Assembly (NCBI GenBank): GCA_017546315.1
Contig: JAFYXH010000001.1
Location: 8,247 to 72,246, forward strand
Direction: 5' to 3'
From: Alphaproteobacteria bacterium
Lineage (GTDB): Bacteria; Pseudomonadota; Alphaproteobacteria; RF32; CAG-239
Length of the DNA stretch: 64,000 nucleotides
Shown here one piece after another: positions 19,529 through 28,906 of the stretch (positions are counted from its first letter, which is position 1; the number at the start of each line of letters is the position of its first letter). The position numbers and the translations under genes are program-made. The notes beneath the pieces were generated by a model. The model did not search any database. It saw only the letters and a program-made list of their open reading frames with translations, and had not been told where the DNA came from.

Positions 19529-20983
19529 ATGAAAGATTTTATAAAAAAACAGCTTAGTGATTTTGATAACAATTCTATGATGCGTTTATTTAAGATATTA
19601 ATATCTGCATCTCTGCTTGTTATTGTTTATGGTTTAATATTCTCAGGATTTCAAATTGTTGATGAATTCGAACATTTACATGCTTCTTTTTTAGTAAGCC
19701 AAGGTAAACTCCCTTATCGAGATTTTTTTGAACACCATCACCCCTTATTATGGTATGTTTCTGCCCCTATTGTTGGCCTATTTTTTGACAATGTTGCAAT
19801 ATTTTACATAATGAGAGTGTTTTCGTTTTTGGCATCTATTGGAATACTTTTTTATCTATATAAAATCTCATTATTTTTTACTAATAAAATTGGGGGATTG
19901 GCGGTTATTGCATTTTATCTTTGCAACATCATAACTGCTTATAATTTCTATCAGTTTAGACCAGATGTATTCATGAATCTATTCTTTGGAATGGGAATAT
20001 ATTATTGGTTTTGCCACATAAAAGATAAAAAATTAAAACCTTTAATTATCAGTTTTAGTTGCTTTGGTGTATCTGTTTTATTTTTACAAAAAATAGGACT
20101 ATTACTCATTGTAATCGAAGCTTTGTTATTGTGGTTAATTTTTACCAAACGAATGAAGCTAAAAGACATTATCATTGCAGCCATCTTTCCTTGTATATTA
20201 CTTTTAGTTTTAGTTATGTTTTTTGCGACACAAAATGCTTTTGTTGAGTATTTCGCTCTAAACTTTAGATTTAATAACGCTTTAGTATATTACTTTGACA
20301 GAGGTGCTTTTTGGTATCCAAATATTTGCAAAACCATTTACGCATTAGGCTTATTAGTTGGTCTTTATTTTTACAAAAGAGAAAATATTTATTTTAAGAT
20401 TATTACAATTCTTTATTGTGCTGAATTTATCATGAGAGGATTTTATTTTGCTCCTCATCCAAATTATTATACTCTGCTTATTGCTTTATACTCGCTAATT
20501 ATTGCCACAATTCTTCCTAAGACCTTTAACACTAATAAACTACTTAGCATAATAATAATTTTAGGTCTTTTTTATGGTCTAGGCTTGGTGTTTAATCGAA
20601 TTGCTGCTACATCTGAAAAATCCAACAGCTTTGAACACTACAAAATGGCAAAATTCATTCATAATAATTCGAACAAAGATGATATTATCATGAATGGCTT
20701 TGATAAAAATTTTAACATATATAGAAAAGATGCGTCATATTATTGGTTTGGTTTAGATATGCTAATCCCTGTTATGGAGCAGGAGTTTGGTATAAAAAAT
20801 TTGGTTGATGTAAACACAACAATATTAAACAACACTCCAAAGTTTATCTACACGAAAAATCACGTAGATTTGAGAGCTTTAAGAATGTATGGTGAAGCTA
20901 AATATTCTCAAGTATACAACCCTAATCTATTGAATAAATATTACAAAAAAACTCCTTATGAATACCTCTTTGAGCTTAAATAA
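19529..20983 (+). CDS. GT-C fold polytopic glycosyltransferase (ArnT/PMT, GT39/GT83-like)
   Basis: ~11-13 TM helices. The first periplasmic loop, VDEFEHLHASFLVSQGKLPYRDFFEHHHPLLWY, fits the DE..H....G..PY.D...HPPL pattern of lipid-carrier-dependent glycosyltransferases. Confidence 0.6.
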   Translation: MKDFIKKQLSDFDNNSMMRLFKILISASLLVIVYGLIFSGFQIVDEFEHLHASFLVSQGKLPYRDFFEHHHPLLWYVSAPIVGLFFDNVAIFYIMRVFSFLASIGILFYLYKISLFFTNKIGGLAVIAFYLCNIITAYNFYQFRPDVFMNLFFGMGIYYWFCHIKDKKLKPLIISFSCFGVSVLFLQKIGLLLIVIEALLLWLIFTKRMKLKDIIIAAIFPCILLLVLVMFFATQNAFVEYFALNFRFNNALVYYFDRGAFWYPNICKTIYALGLLVGLYFYKRENIYFKIITILYCAEFIMRGFYFAPHPNYYTLLIALYSLIIATILPKTFNTNKLLSIIIILGLFYGLGLVFNRIAATSEKSNSFEHYKMAKFIHNNSNKDDIIMNGFDKNFNIYRKDASYYWFGLDMLIPVMEQEFGIKNLVDVNTTILNNTPKFIYTKNHVDLRALRMYGEAKYSQVYNPNLLNKYYKKTPYEYLFELK

Positions 20984-21038
20984 TTTATTGTATGTTAAGT
21001 AATTTTATGGTAACATTAAACATTAGGAGGGCAGTTTT

Positions 21039-21704
21039 ATGAAAAATATTATATGTTTGATATTTACGGGGCTTTTTTTTATACATAAAATTGCTTTAGC
21101 AGTTGATGTTGATATAAAAAGTGAAGAAGCAAGAGAATGGGCAAATAATAAAGGCCATGAGCTTATTCAAGTTTTAGGAACAAAAGACATTGTAGAAAAA
21201 CATTCTAAACTTGATAAAATGCTAACAGAAGATGTTAACTTAGATTATATCTCAAAGTTTGTTATTGGCAAATATCTAAAAACCATGAATAAGGATCAAA
21301 AAAGAAGGTATAGTGCGCTATTTGAGCGCTATATACTTAGCTTATATAAACAGTTTAATTTACACTTTGATTCTAGTGATATTGCATTTAGTATCGACAA
21401 TGTTGTAGAACACCCAAAATTTACAGTTGTTAGCTGCAGTATTGATGCAAACAATATATTAAAAAATATAGAGAATCTAGAAATAGAAAGACTACCTGTT
21501 GAATTTAGACTCATAAGAGGAAAAGAGAATCGAATTCAAGCTGTTGATATTGAAATATCAAATGTTAGCATGGTAATTGAATATAGAAAAAAATTTTATA
21601 AAATGATAATGGAAGAAAACGAAGAGATAGAGTGGTTTTTAGAAAAATTTGAAGATAAAATTATCGCTAATGAAATGGCTGCTAGTAGAGTTTCTAACTT
21701 GTAG
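21039..21704 (+). CDS. mlaC: MlaC/Ttg2D-family periplasmic phospholipid-binding protein
   Basis: Signal peptide, then VNLDYISKFVIGKYLKTMNKDQKRRYSALFERYILSLY, which fits the MlaC family core. Confidence 0.6.
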   Translation: MKNIICLIFTGLFFIHKIALAVDVDIKSEEAREWANNKGHELIQVLGTKDIVEKHSKLDKMLTEDVNLDYISKFVIGKYLKTMNKDQKRRYSALFERYILSLYKQFNLHFDSSDIAFSIDNVVEHPKFTVVSCSIDANNILKNIENLEIERLPVEFRLIRGKENRIQAVDIEISNVSMVIEYRKKFYKMIMEENEEIEWFLEKFEDKIIANEMAASRVSNL

Positions 21705-21803
21705 ATTATATACTTTTAGTAAAAAATCGTTGTATTTTTTTTTCATTGTGTTAGATTGAGGGCAAATATATGTAGAAACTTAATATAGCATGGGGATACA
21801 ACT

Positions 21804-24281
21804 ATGGGGTACAATGCCAGATATAATGGAAAAGAAACTTTTGAAGAATGGAAAAAAGACTGGGAATTAGAAGAAAGATATAATTTCAAAACCGTTGAAA
21901 ATAAATGGCAAAAAATTTGGGAAGATGAGAAAGCGTATAAGGTTGAAATAGACAATAACAAAGAGAAATTTTACGCATTAGTGGAATTCCCATACCCTTC
22001 TGGTGCGGGGCTTCATGTTGGACACCCTCGTTCTTATACCGCATTGGATGTAATTGTTCGTAAAAAAAGAATGGAAGGATACAATGTTTTGTATCCTATG
22101 GGTTTTGATGCTTTTGGTTTACCTGCTGAAAACTATGCTGTAAAAACTGGTATTCATCCTGCTATTTCTACTAAAGCAAATATCGAAAATTTCACAAGAC
22201 AACTTAAGTCTATTGGTCTTTCTTTTGATTGGGACAGATGCATTAGCACTTGTGAACCAGAATATTATAAATGGACACAATGGATGTTTTTGAAGTTTTA
22301 TGAAAAAGGTTTAGCTTATAAAGATAAAATCGCAATCAACTGGTGTCCATCTTGTAAAGTTGGATTGGCTAATGAAGAAGTTGTAAACGGCTGTTGCGAA
22401 AGATGTGGAGCAGAGGTTGTTCGTAAAGACAAAGAACAATGGATGATTGCTATTACCAAATATGCAGATAGACTAATTGATGATTTAGATAATATAGATT
22501 TTATTGAACGTGTAAAATCACAACAAATAAACTGGATTGGTCGCTCTGAAGGTGCTGAGCTTGATTTTGAAATTACTGACAATGATGGTAATTTACTTGG
22601 CAAAAAATTAAAAGTATTTACAACTCGTATTGATACTGCATTTGGTGTTACATATATGGTTATGGCACCTGAACATGAATATGTAAAAGAATTCAGAGAA
22701 AGATTTGAAAACATCAATGATATTGATAATTATGTTTTAGAAACTTCTAAAAAATCTGATTTACAAAGAACTGCAAATGATGAAAAATCTGGTGTTGAAT
22801 TAAAAGGTATCAAAGCGCTAAATCCTTTTAACAACAAGTTGATTCCAATATTTATTTCAGATTATGTATTAACAGGTTATGGAACAGGTGCAATTATGGC
22901 TGTTCCTGCACATGACCAAAGAGACTATGATTTCGCAAAATTATTTAATTTGCCAATTATCCAAGTTCTTGAAGGTGGTGATATTACAGAAAAAGCTTTT
23001 GAAGAAGATGGACCTCATATTAACTCTGAATTTTTGAATGGTTTAGGAAAAGATGAGGGTATCAAAAAAGCAATAGATTATGCTAAAGAAAAAGGTGTTG
23101 GCGAAGCAAAAGTTAACTTCAAACTTAGAGATTGGGTATTTTCTCGTCAAAGATATTGGGGTGAACCTATTCCTATGGTATATTGCGAACACTGCGGATG
23201 GCAACCTATTGATGAATCTGAATTACCATTGACTTTACCTGAAATTACAGATTTCTTACCAAATGACAACGGTGATTCACCTTTAGCAAAGGCAACTGAT
23301 TGGGTAAATACAACTTGTCCAAAATGTGGTAAACCTGCTCGTCGTGAAACTGATGTTATGCCAAACTGGGCTGGTTCTTCTTGGTATTTCTTAAGATATT
23401 GCGATCCTTGCAATGATAAAGAATTTGCATCCAAAGAAGCTTTAGATTATTGGATGAATGTCGATTGGTATAATGGTGGTATGGAGCATACAACTTTACA
23501 CTTATTGTATTCTCGTTTTTGGCATAAGTTTTTATATGACTGCGGTTATGTTCCAACTCCTGAACCGTACAATAAAAGAACTTCTCACGGTATGATTTTG
23601 GCAGAAAACGGTGAAAAAATGTCAAAATCAAGAGGCAATGTTGTTAATCCTGATGAAGTAATTGACGCTTATGGAACAGATGCATTTAGAATGTATGAAA
23701 TGTTTATTGGACCATTTGATCAAGTTGCTATGTGGTCTGACGAAAGCCTAAATGGTGTATATCGCTTTATCGGTAAAATTTATGGATTATTTAGTAAAGT
23801 AACACCTGTTGCTCCTAATGGGAAGGATTTACAAATTTCTCACAAAACAATTTTAGATGTTAGCGAGAGAATTGATCAGATGAAATTCAATACTGCTGTT
23901 TCATCATTGATGTCATTTGTAAATTACTTACTTGGATTGAAAGAAGTTCCGCAAGCCTGCTATGAAATTTTGCTTAAACTTATTTCTCCTTTTGCTCCTC
24001 ATTTAGCAGAAGAAATGTGGGCAAGATTAGGATATGAAACTCTTATTGTTAAAGAAGGATGGCCAAAGGGTGATGCAGAGCTTGCAAAAGAAAATACTGT
24101 TGTTATTGCTGTTCAAATAAATGGCAAAATGCGTGGAACGATAGAAGTTGAACGTGATCTTGATAAAGAAAAAGTAATTGAAATTGCAAAATCTTTAGAC
24201 AATGTTGCGAAACAACTTGCAAGCGTTGAACCAAAGAAAATAATTGTTGTACCAAATAGGATTGTAAACATTGTTTTGTAA
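21804..24281 (+). CDS. leuS: Leucine--tRNA ligase (HVGHP subtype)
   Basis: FPYPSGAGLHVGHPRSYTALDV (HIGH region), NWCPSCKVGLANEEVVNGCCERCG (Zn-binding module) and KMSKSRGN (KMSKS). The N-terminal ~25 aa before YNFKTVENKWQ may be extra, so the start is uncertain. Confidence 0.93.
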   Translation: MGYNARYNGKETFEEWKKDWELEERYNFKTVENKWQKIWEDEKAYKVEIDNNKEKFYALVEFPYPSGAGLHVGHPRSYTALDVIVRKKRMEGYNVLYPMGFDAFGLPAENYAVKTGIHPAISTKANIENFTRQLKSIGLSFDWDRCISTCEPEYYKWTQWMFLKFYEKGLAYKDKIAINWCPSCKVGLANEEVVNGCCERCGAEVVRKDKEQWMIAITKYADRLIDDLDNIDFIERVKSQQINWIGRSEGAELDFEITDNDGNLLGKKLKVFTTRIDTAFGVTYMVMAPEHEYVKEFRERFENINDIDNYVLETSKKSDLQRTANDEKSGVELKGIKALNPFNNKLIPIFISDYVLTGYGTGAIMAVPAHDQRDYDFAKLFNLPIIQVLEGGDITEKAFEEDGPHINSEFLNGLGKDEGIKKAIDYAKEKGVGEAKVNFKLRDWVFSRQRYWGEPIPMVYCEHCGWQPIDESELPLTLPEITDFLPNDNGDSPLAKATDWVNTTCPKCGKPARRETDVMPNWAGSSWYFLRYCDPCNDKEFASKEALDYWMNVDWYNGGMEHTTLHLLYSRFWHKFLYDCGYVPTPEPYNKRTSHGMILAENGEKMSKSRGNVVNPDEVIDAYGTDAFRMYEMFIGPFDQVAMWSDESLNGVYRFIGKIYGLFSKVTPVAPNGKDLQISHKTILDVSERIDQMKFNTAVSSLMSFVNYLLGLKEVPQACYEILLKLISPFAPHLAEEMWARLGYETLIVKEGWPKGDAELAKENTVVIAVQINGKMRGTIEVERDLDKEKVIEIAKSLDNVAKQLASVEPKKIIVVPNRIVNIVL

Positions 24282-24834
24282 TATAAGAAATATAGCACTT
24301 TTGGTGTGTTTAGGCGTATTATCCGGATGTGGATTTGAGCCTCTCTATGTTGAAAAAAAGTCTGCTAATGACTGGTATTATGATGGAGAATTTGATACTG
24401 GTATTAGAGAAGAAATGGCTAACATAAAAGTTGAACTTATTCAAGACAGAATAGGACAACTTGTTAGGAATGATTTGTTGGATAAATTAACACCAAAAGG
24501 ACAACCAAAATCTCCTAAGTATTATTTATCTGTTACAAAAATAAATAAACAAGAGATTGACCAGGCACTTAGAAATGATATTACAGCAACCCGTAAAAAG
24601 GTAATATATAAGGTTTCATACGTATTAAAAAACGCTGAAAAGGAAACTCTTATAAACGGTAATAGTGTTGCATATTTAGGATATGACATATTGGTTGACC
24701 CATATTCTACAACATTTGCTCAGAAAAAAAACGAAAAAAATGCGGCTAAAATTATTGCAAATGATATTTCGTTAAGAATTGGTGCTTACTTCCACTCGTT
24801 GCAAACAAAACGAGGAAATCCTGATGAATATTAA
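24271..24834 (+). CDS. lptE: LPS-assembly lipoprotein LptE
   Basis: Lipobox LSGCGF. It occupies the canonical position between leuS and holA. It uses a TTG start that overlaps the leuS stop. Confidence 0.75.
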   Translation: MFCNIRNIALLVCLGVLSGCGFEPLYVEKKSANDWYYDGEFDTGIREEMANIKVELIQDRIGQLVRNDLLDKLTPKGQPKSPKYYLSVTKINKQEIDQALRNDITATRKKVIYKVSYVLKNAEKETLINGNSVAYLGYDILVDPYSTTFAQKKNEKNAAKIIANDISLRIGAYFHSLQTKRGNPDEY

Positions 24835-25849
24835 ACCTGAGCAGGTTGAAAATATATTAAAATCTCTCCCCTCAAAGATTAGAGGCGTTGTTGTGTATGG
24901 TAGTAATGAAGGTATGATTGCTACCATATCACAGCAATTTGTAAAAGCAATTTCTCCGGATGTTAGAGATGCATTCCGTGTTAGTTATCTTGATATGGCA
25001 ACTATCGGAACAGATATTGGAGCTTTATATGCAGAATTTAATGCTCAATCATTGATGGGTGGCAGAAGAGTTGTTGTAATAAGGGATGCAAATTCTAATT
25101 TAACAAAACCATTAAAGGAGTTATTAAGCACATCATTATCAGATAGTTTACTTGTTATTACTTCTTCTAGCTTAAAAGCAAAAGATACTTTAGCTGTGTT
25201 AGCCAAAGATGATGATTGTTTATATGGCATTAGCTGTTATGATGATAAAGATGAAGACATATCGCAATTTGCCAATAAATTTTTAGCAAAAAATGGCCTT
25301 AATATTGATAATATTGCTTTTCAGGTTTTATGCTCTAGACTTTCTAATGATAGAAAAATTAGTGCTAATGAGCTTGATAAACTTATCACCTATATTGGCA
25401 ATAAAAAAGATATCACAATAGAAGATATCAAAACTGTTATTAGCGATACATCTGCCTCATCACAAGAAGATTTATGTTATTTTGTTGCACAAGGTGCTGT
25501 TGATAAAGCTATAAGCTCGTATAGTCGTTTGATTTTTGAAGGAGAGAATCCTGTTTCCATCATTAGAGCTATTAGTTACCATTTTATGAAACTTTTAGAA
25601 TGCGCAGTAAAAATTGAAGGTGGTGAAACATCTGATAAAGTTATTGGTGCTTTAAGACCTCCGTTGATATTTTTTAGGAAAAATGCTTTTGCTTTCCAAC
25701 TTAGGATATGGAATAAAACAAGAATTTTAACAGCACTATCATTATTGTATCAGACAGAAAGAGAATGCAAAACAACAGATTTACCAGCAGAGCAAGTTGC
25801 TAGTTTTGCAATATTGAGAATCGCAAATGGGGTTAAGAGATTTAAGTAA
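24824..25849 (+). CDS. holA: DNA polymerase III subunit delta
   Basis: ~340 aa in the leuS-lptE-holA synteny, with the typical N-terminus (..VVVYGSNEGMI..). The ATG at 24824 overlaps the lptE end by 11 nt. Confidence 0.8.
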   Translation: MNIKPEQVENILKSLPSKIRGVVVYGSNEGMIATISQQFVKAISPDVRDAFRVSYLDMATIGTDIGALYAEFNAQSLMGGRRVVVIRDANSNLTKPLKELLSTSLSDSLLVITSSSLKAKDTLAVLAKDDDCLYGISCYDDKDEDISQFANKFLAKNGLNIDNIAFQVLCSRLSNDRKISANELDKLITYIGNKKDITIEDIKTVISDTSASSQEDLCYFVAQGAVDKAISSYSRLIFEGENPVSIIRAISYHFMKLLECAVKIEGGETSDKVIGALRPPLIFFRKNAFAFQLRIWNKTRILTALSLLYQTERECKTTDLPAEQVASFAILRIANGVKRFK

Positions 25850-25992
25850 TAATTTTGATTTTTTTTATAAATAAATTTTACTAATCGTCTAACAAGGTTT
25901 AATACGTATAATGATGAGTTATATACAAATTATTTGCTTATAGGTATTTTATTTTTGAACTCAAAAAAATAATTTCAAAAAGTTAAAAAAAT

Positions 25993-26020
25993 AAAAGGTA
26001 GCTGAATGCTACCTTTTTTA
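25993..26020. terminator. Bidirectional terminator between holA and clpX
   Basis: aaaaggtagc-tgaat-gctacctttt hairpin flanked by an A-run and a T-run, lying between convergent genes. Confidence 0.8.
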
Positions 26021-26044
26021 TTTTGATATACCCATAAAAGTACT

Positions 26045-27298
26045 TTACGCACTCTTTTTTTGGCGTTTGCGAATAAACGTAGGTGTTTTACCATCTGTTA
26101 TAACTTTTGCATCCACCACGATTTCTGTGATATCCTTTTTATCTGGAATATCATACATTAACTCAAGCAAGTTTTCTTCCATTATTGCACGAAGACCACG
26201 AGCTCCTGTTTTTCTTTCGATTGCCTTTTTAGCAATTGCAATCAAAGCATCATTTGTTATAGATAATTTAACATCTTCCATACCAAATAAAGTTTCGTAT
26301 TGCTTGATTAACGCATTCTTTGGCTCTGTTAAAACTTTTACTAAAGCTTCTTCACTTAAATCATCAAGAGCTGTTATTACAGGTAATCTTCCAACAAATT
26401 CAGGTATCAAACCGTATTTTAATAAATCTTCAGGCTGAACTTGTTGATAAATCTCACCCAATGTTTTTTCTTCAGTACTTTTTATGTGAGCTCCAAAACC
26501 AATAGATGTCTCTTGGCCACGACGTCCTATAATTTTTTCAATACCTGCGAATGCTCCACCGCAAATAAAGAGAATATTTGTTGTATCAACATGCAAAAAT
26601 TCTTGTTGAGGGTGTTTGCGACCACCTTGAGGAGGAATATTTGCAACGGTTCCTTCGATAATCTTCAAGAGTGCTTGCTGAACACCTTCACCAGATACGT
26701 CTCTTGTTATAGATGGTCCATCTGTTTTACGGGTAATTTTATCTATCTCATCAATATATACAATTCCACGCTCAGCTTTTTCGATATCATAGTTTGCTGC
26801 TTGAACTAATTTTAGAACGATATTTTCAACATCTTCCCCAACATATCCTGCTTCTGTTAAAGTTGTTGCATCTGCTATTGCAAAAGGAACATCCAAAACT
26901 TTAGCTAAAGTTTGAGCTAGTAATGTCTTTCCTGAACCAGTTGAACCAATCAAAATTACGTTTGATTTTGAAATTTCAACATCAGGATTTTTAAGTCTGT
27001 TATTTAAGCGCTTGTAATGATTATATACAGCAACTGATAAAACTTTTTTAGCTCGTTCTTGACCTATTACATATTGATCTAAAAATTCTTTTATTTTAGA
27101 TGGTGTTGGAAGATGCTCTTGGATTGTTTTTTCCTCTTTTTGACGCTCTTCTTTTACTTCTTGTGAAACAATATTTATGCAAACATCAATACACTCATCA
27201 CAAATATATACACCACGCCCTGCAATAAGTTTTTTTACTTCATTTTGACTCTTTCCACAGAAAGAACAATGCAATACTTTATCTTCGGTATCACTCAT
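26045..27298 (-). CDS. clpX: ATP-dependent Clp protease ATP-binding subunit ClpX
   Basis: N-terminal Zn finger CSFCGK...CDEC, Walker A GSTGSGKT and Walker B VYIDEIDK. Confidence 0.97.
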   Translation of the reverse strand: MSDTEDKVLHCSFCGKSQNEVKKLIAGRGVYICDECIDVCINIVSQEVKEERQKEEKTIQEHLPTPSKIKEFLDQYVIGQERAKKVLSVAVYNHYKRLNNRLKNPDVEISKSNVILIGSTGSGKTLLAQTLAKVLDVPFAIADATTLTEAGYVGEDVENIVLKLVQAANYDIEKAERGIVYIDEIDKITRKTDGPSITRDVSGEGVQQALLKIIEGTVANIPPQGGRKHPQQEFLHVDTTNILFICGGAFAGIEKIIGRRGQETSIGFGAHIKSTEEKTLGEIYQQVQPEDLLKYGLIPEFVGRLPVITALDDLSEEALVKVLTEPKNALIKQYETLFGMEDVKLSITNDALIAIAKKAIERKTGARGLRAIMEENLLELMYDIPDKKDITEIVVDAKVITDGKTPTFIRKRQKKSA

Positions 27299-27307
27299 AT
27301 TTTTTCC

Positions 27308-27934
27308 CTACTTAATTATTTCTAAACGGTTTTTCACAATATGGTCAATTAAACCAAACTCTTTTGCCTCTTCTGGATTCATGAAATTATCTCTATCCAT
27401 TGCTTTTTCGATAACAGATAATTTATTACCAGTGTTTTCTGCATAAATTTTATTTAAACGTTTCTTTAATTCCAAAATTTCTCTTGCTTGAATTTCGATA
27501 TCAGATGCCATACCTCTTGCACCACCTGATGGTTGATGTATCATAATACGAGAATTAGGAAGAGAATAACGCTTACCTTTTGTACCACCTGCTAGTAAAA
27601 AAGACCCCATAGAACAAGCTTGCCCAATACATAGAGTGGCTACATCACATGAAATGTATTTCATAGTATCATACATAGCAAGACCTGATGTTACTACTCC
27701 TCCTGGAGAGTTGATATATAGATAGATATCTTTTTTAGGATTTTCAGACTCTAAAAATAAAAGCTGTGCACATACCAATGCTGATACAGCATCATTTACC
27801 TCACCTGTTAAAAAGATTATACGTTCTTTTAATAATCTTGAAAAAATATCAAAAGAACGTTCGCCACGAGATGTTTGTTCTACAACCATTGGCACTAATG
27901 TGTTATCAAAAACTTCTAATGCACTTTTACTCAT
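27308..27934 (-). CDS. clpP: ATP-dependent Clp protease proteolytic subunit
   Basis: [29 protein letters not shown] (active-site Ser) and MIHQPSGG. It lies upstream of clpX. Confidence 0.97.
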   Translation of the reverse strand: MSKSALEVFDNTLVPMVVEQTSRGERSFDIFSRLLKERIIFLTGEVNDAVSALVCAQLLFLESENPKKDIYLYINSPGGVVTSGLAMYDTMKYISCDVATLCIGQACSMGSFLLAGGTKGKRYSLPNSRIMIHQPSGGARGMASDIEIQAREILELKKRLNKIYAENTGNKLSVIEKAMDRDNFMNPEEAKEFGLIDHIVKNRLEIIK

Positions 27935-28037
27935 ATCTGTAAACCCTTAAATTTAAATTATTTTAACTCTTCGGATGATATATAAGATTTATTCAACAAA
28001 TAGTAAATAAAATTAAAATTATTACATTTTTTCGCTT

Positions 28038-28772
28038 TTAATTTCTCTTACTTTTTATGTTATTACCTAAATAAGACAAATTAAATATATCAACAGTTGT
28101 TCCATAAGGATTTTTAAGCCCTAAATCCTTGTCTTCATATTTAGAGAAATTAAACCTCATTCTTATTGATGCTAACCACTTACTTATTATAGGAGTTTTT
28201 CTATCTGGGTAAGTGTCTATGGTTAAAAATCTCACCTGCCAAAAATTGAATGACACTGGATAAATACTATCTATTTTTATTTCTCTATTTATGCCTTTAG
28301 CTTGTAAATAGTCAAAATATGGGCGTTCTGTTTTTTGAAAATGCTCCCACACCTTGTCCCCTGAAGATAAATACAAAAAATTATTTTCACCAAAACGGTC
28401 TCGTTGTTCTTCTATATCGTCTGTAATAGTATATCTAGTTGTAATGTATTGAGCCATAACACTTTCTGTTACTAAATTTCCAGCAAATGCTCTGAACTCA
28501 ACATTTTCCATACGTGATACTTGATAATTTTTATAATCAATCTGCAAAGGCATAATCGCTGCTTTTTTTTGAGGAATCATAATACAAAGAATACTTCCTA
28601 ATATCATAGATGAGCAAACACTTAAACAAGATATAACAACAAGAAATCTAGATGTCCACAAGTATCTTCTTTCTGGAAATGCTGGTATATCAACCTTTTC
28701 AGGATAATTTCCAAGCTCATCTTTAGGTGCTTTCTCTTTATATTTGAACAAAGTATAAAATAAATTTGCCAT
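28038..28772 (-). CDS. VirB8-like (type IV secretion inner-membrane component family) protein, orphan copy
   Basis: Short cytoplasmic N-terminus, a single TM (RFLVVISCLSVCSSMILGSILCIMI), then a ~170-aa periplasmic domain. ESVMAQYITTRYT, REIKIDSIYPVSFNFWQVRFLT, KWLASIRMRFNF and NPYGTTVDIFNLSY parallel VirB8 (..YV..RE.Y, ..V.I.SV, W.A...F.Y, NPLGF.V..Y). I prefer the ATG at 28772 (GAGGGA RBS) over the TTG at 28784. Confidence 0.5.
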   Translation of the reverse strand: MANLFYTLFKYKEKAPKDELGNYPEKVDIPAFPERRYLWTSRFLVVISCLSVCSSMILGSILCIMIPQKKAAIMPLQIDYKNYQVSRMENVEFRAFAGNLVTESVMAQYITTRYTITDDIEEQRDRFGENNFLYLSSGDKVWEHFQKTERPYFDYLQAKGINREIKIDSIYPVSFNFWQVRFLTIDTYPDRKTPIISKWLASIRMRFNFSKYEDKDLGLKNPYGTTVDIFNLSYLGNNIKSKRN

Positions 28773-28906
28773 ATCTTCCCTCAATAATAAAATCCATTTT
28801 ATATGTATTTTACATGAAAGTTGTATAAAATCAAATAAAATACTATCAATTAAAAAATATTTAGTGTAGATGTGTAGTTAAACGGTAATGTTTGAGGGAA
28901 ACTTTG

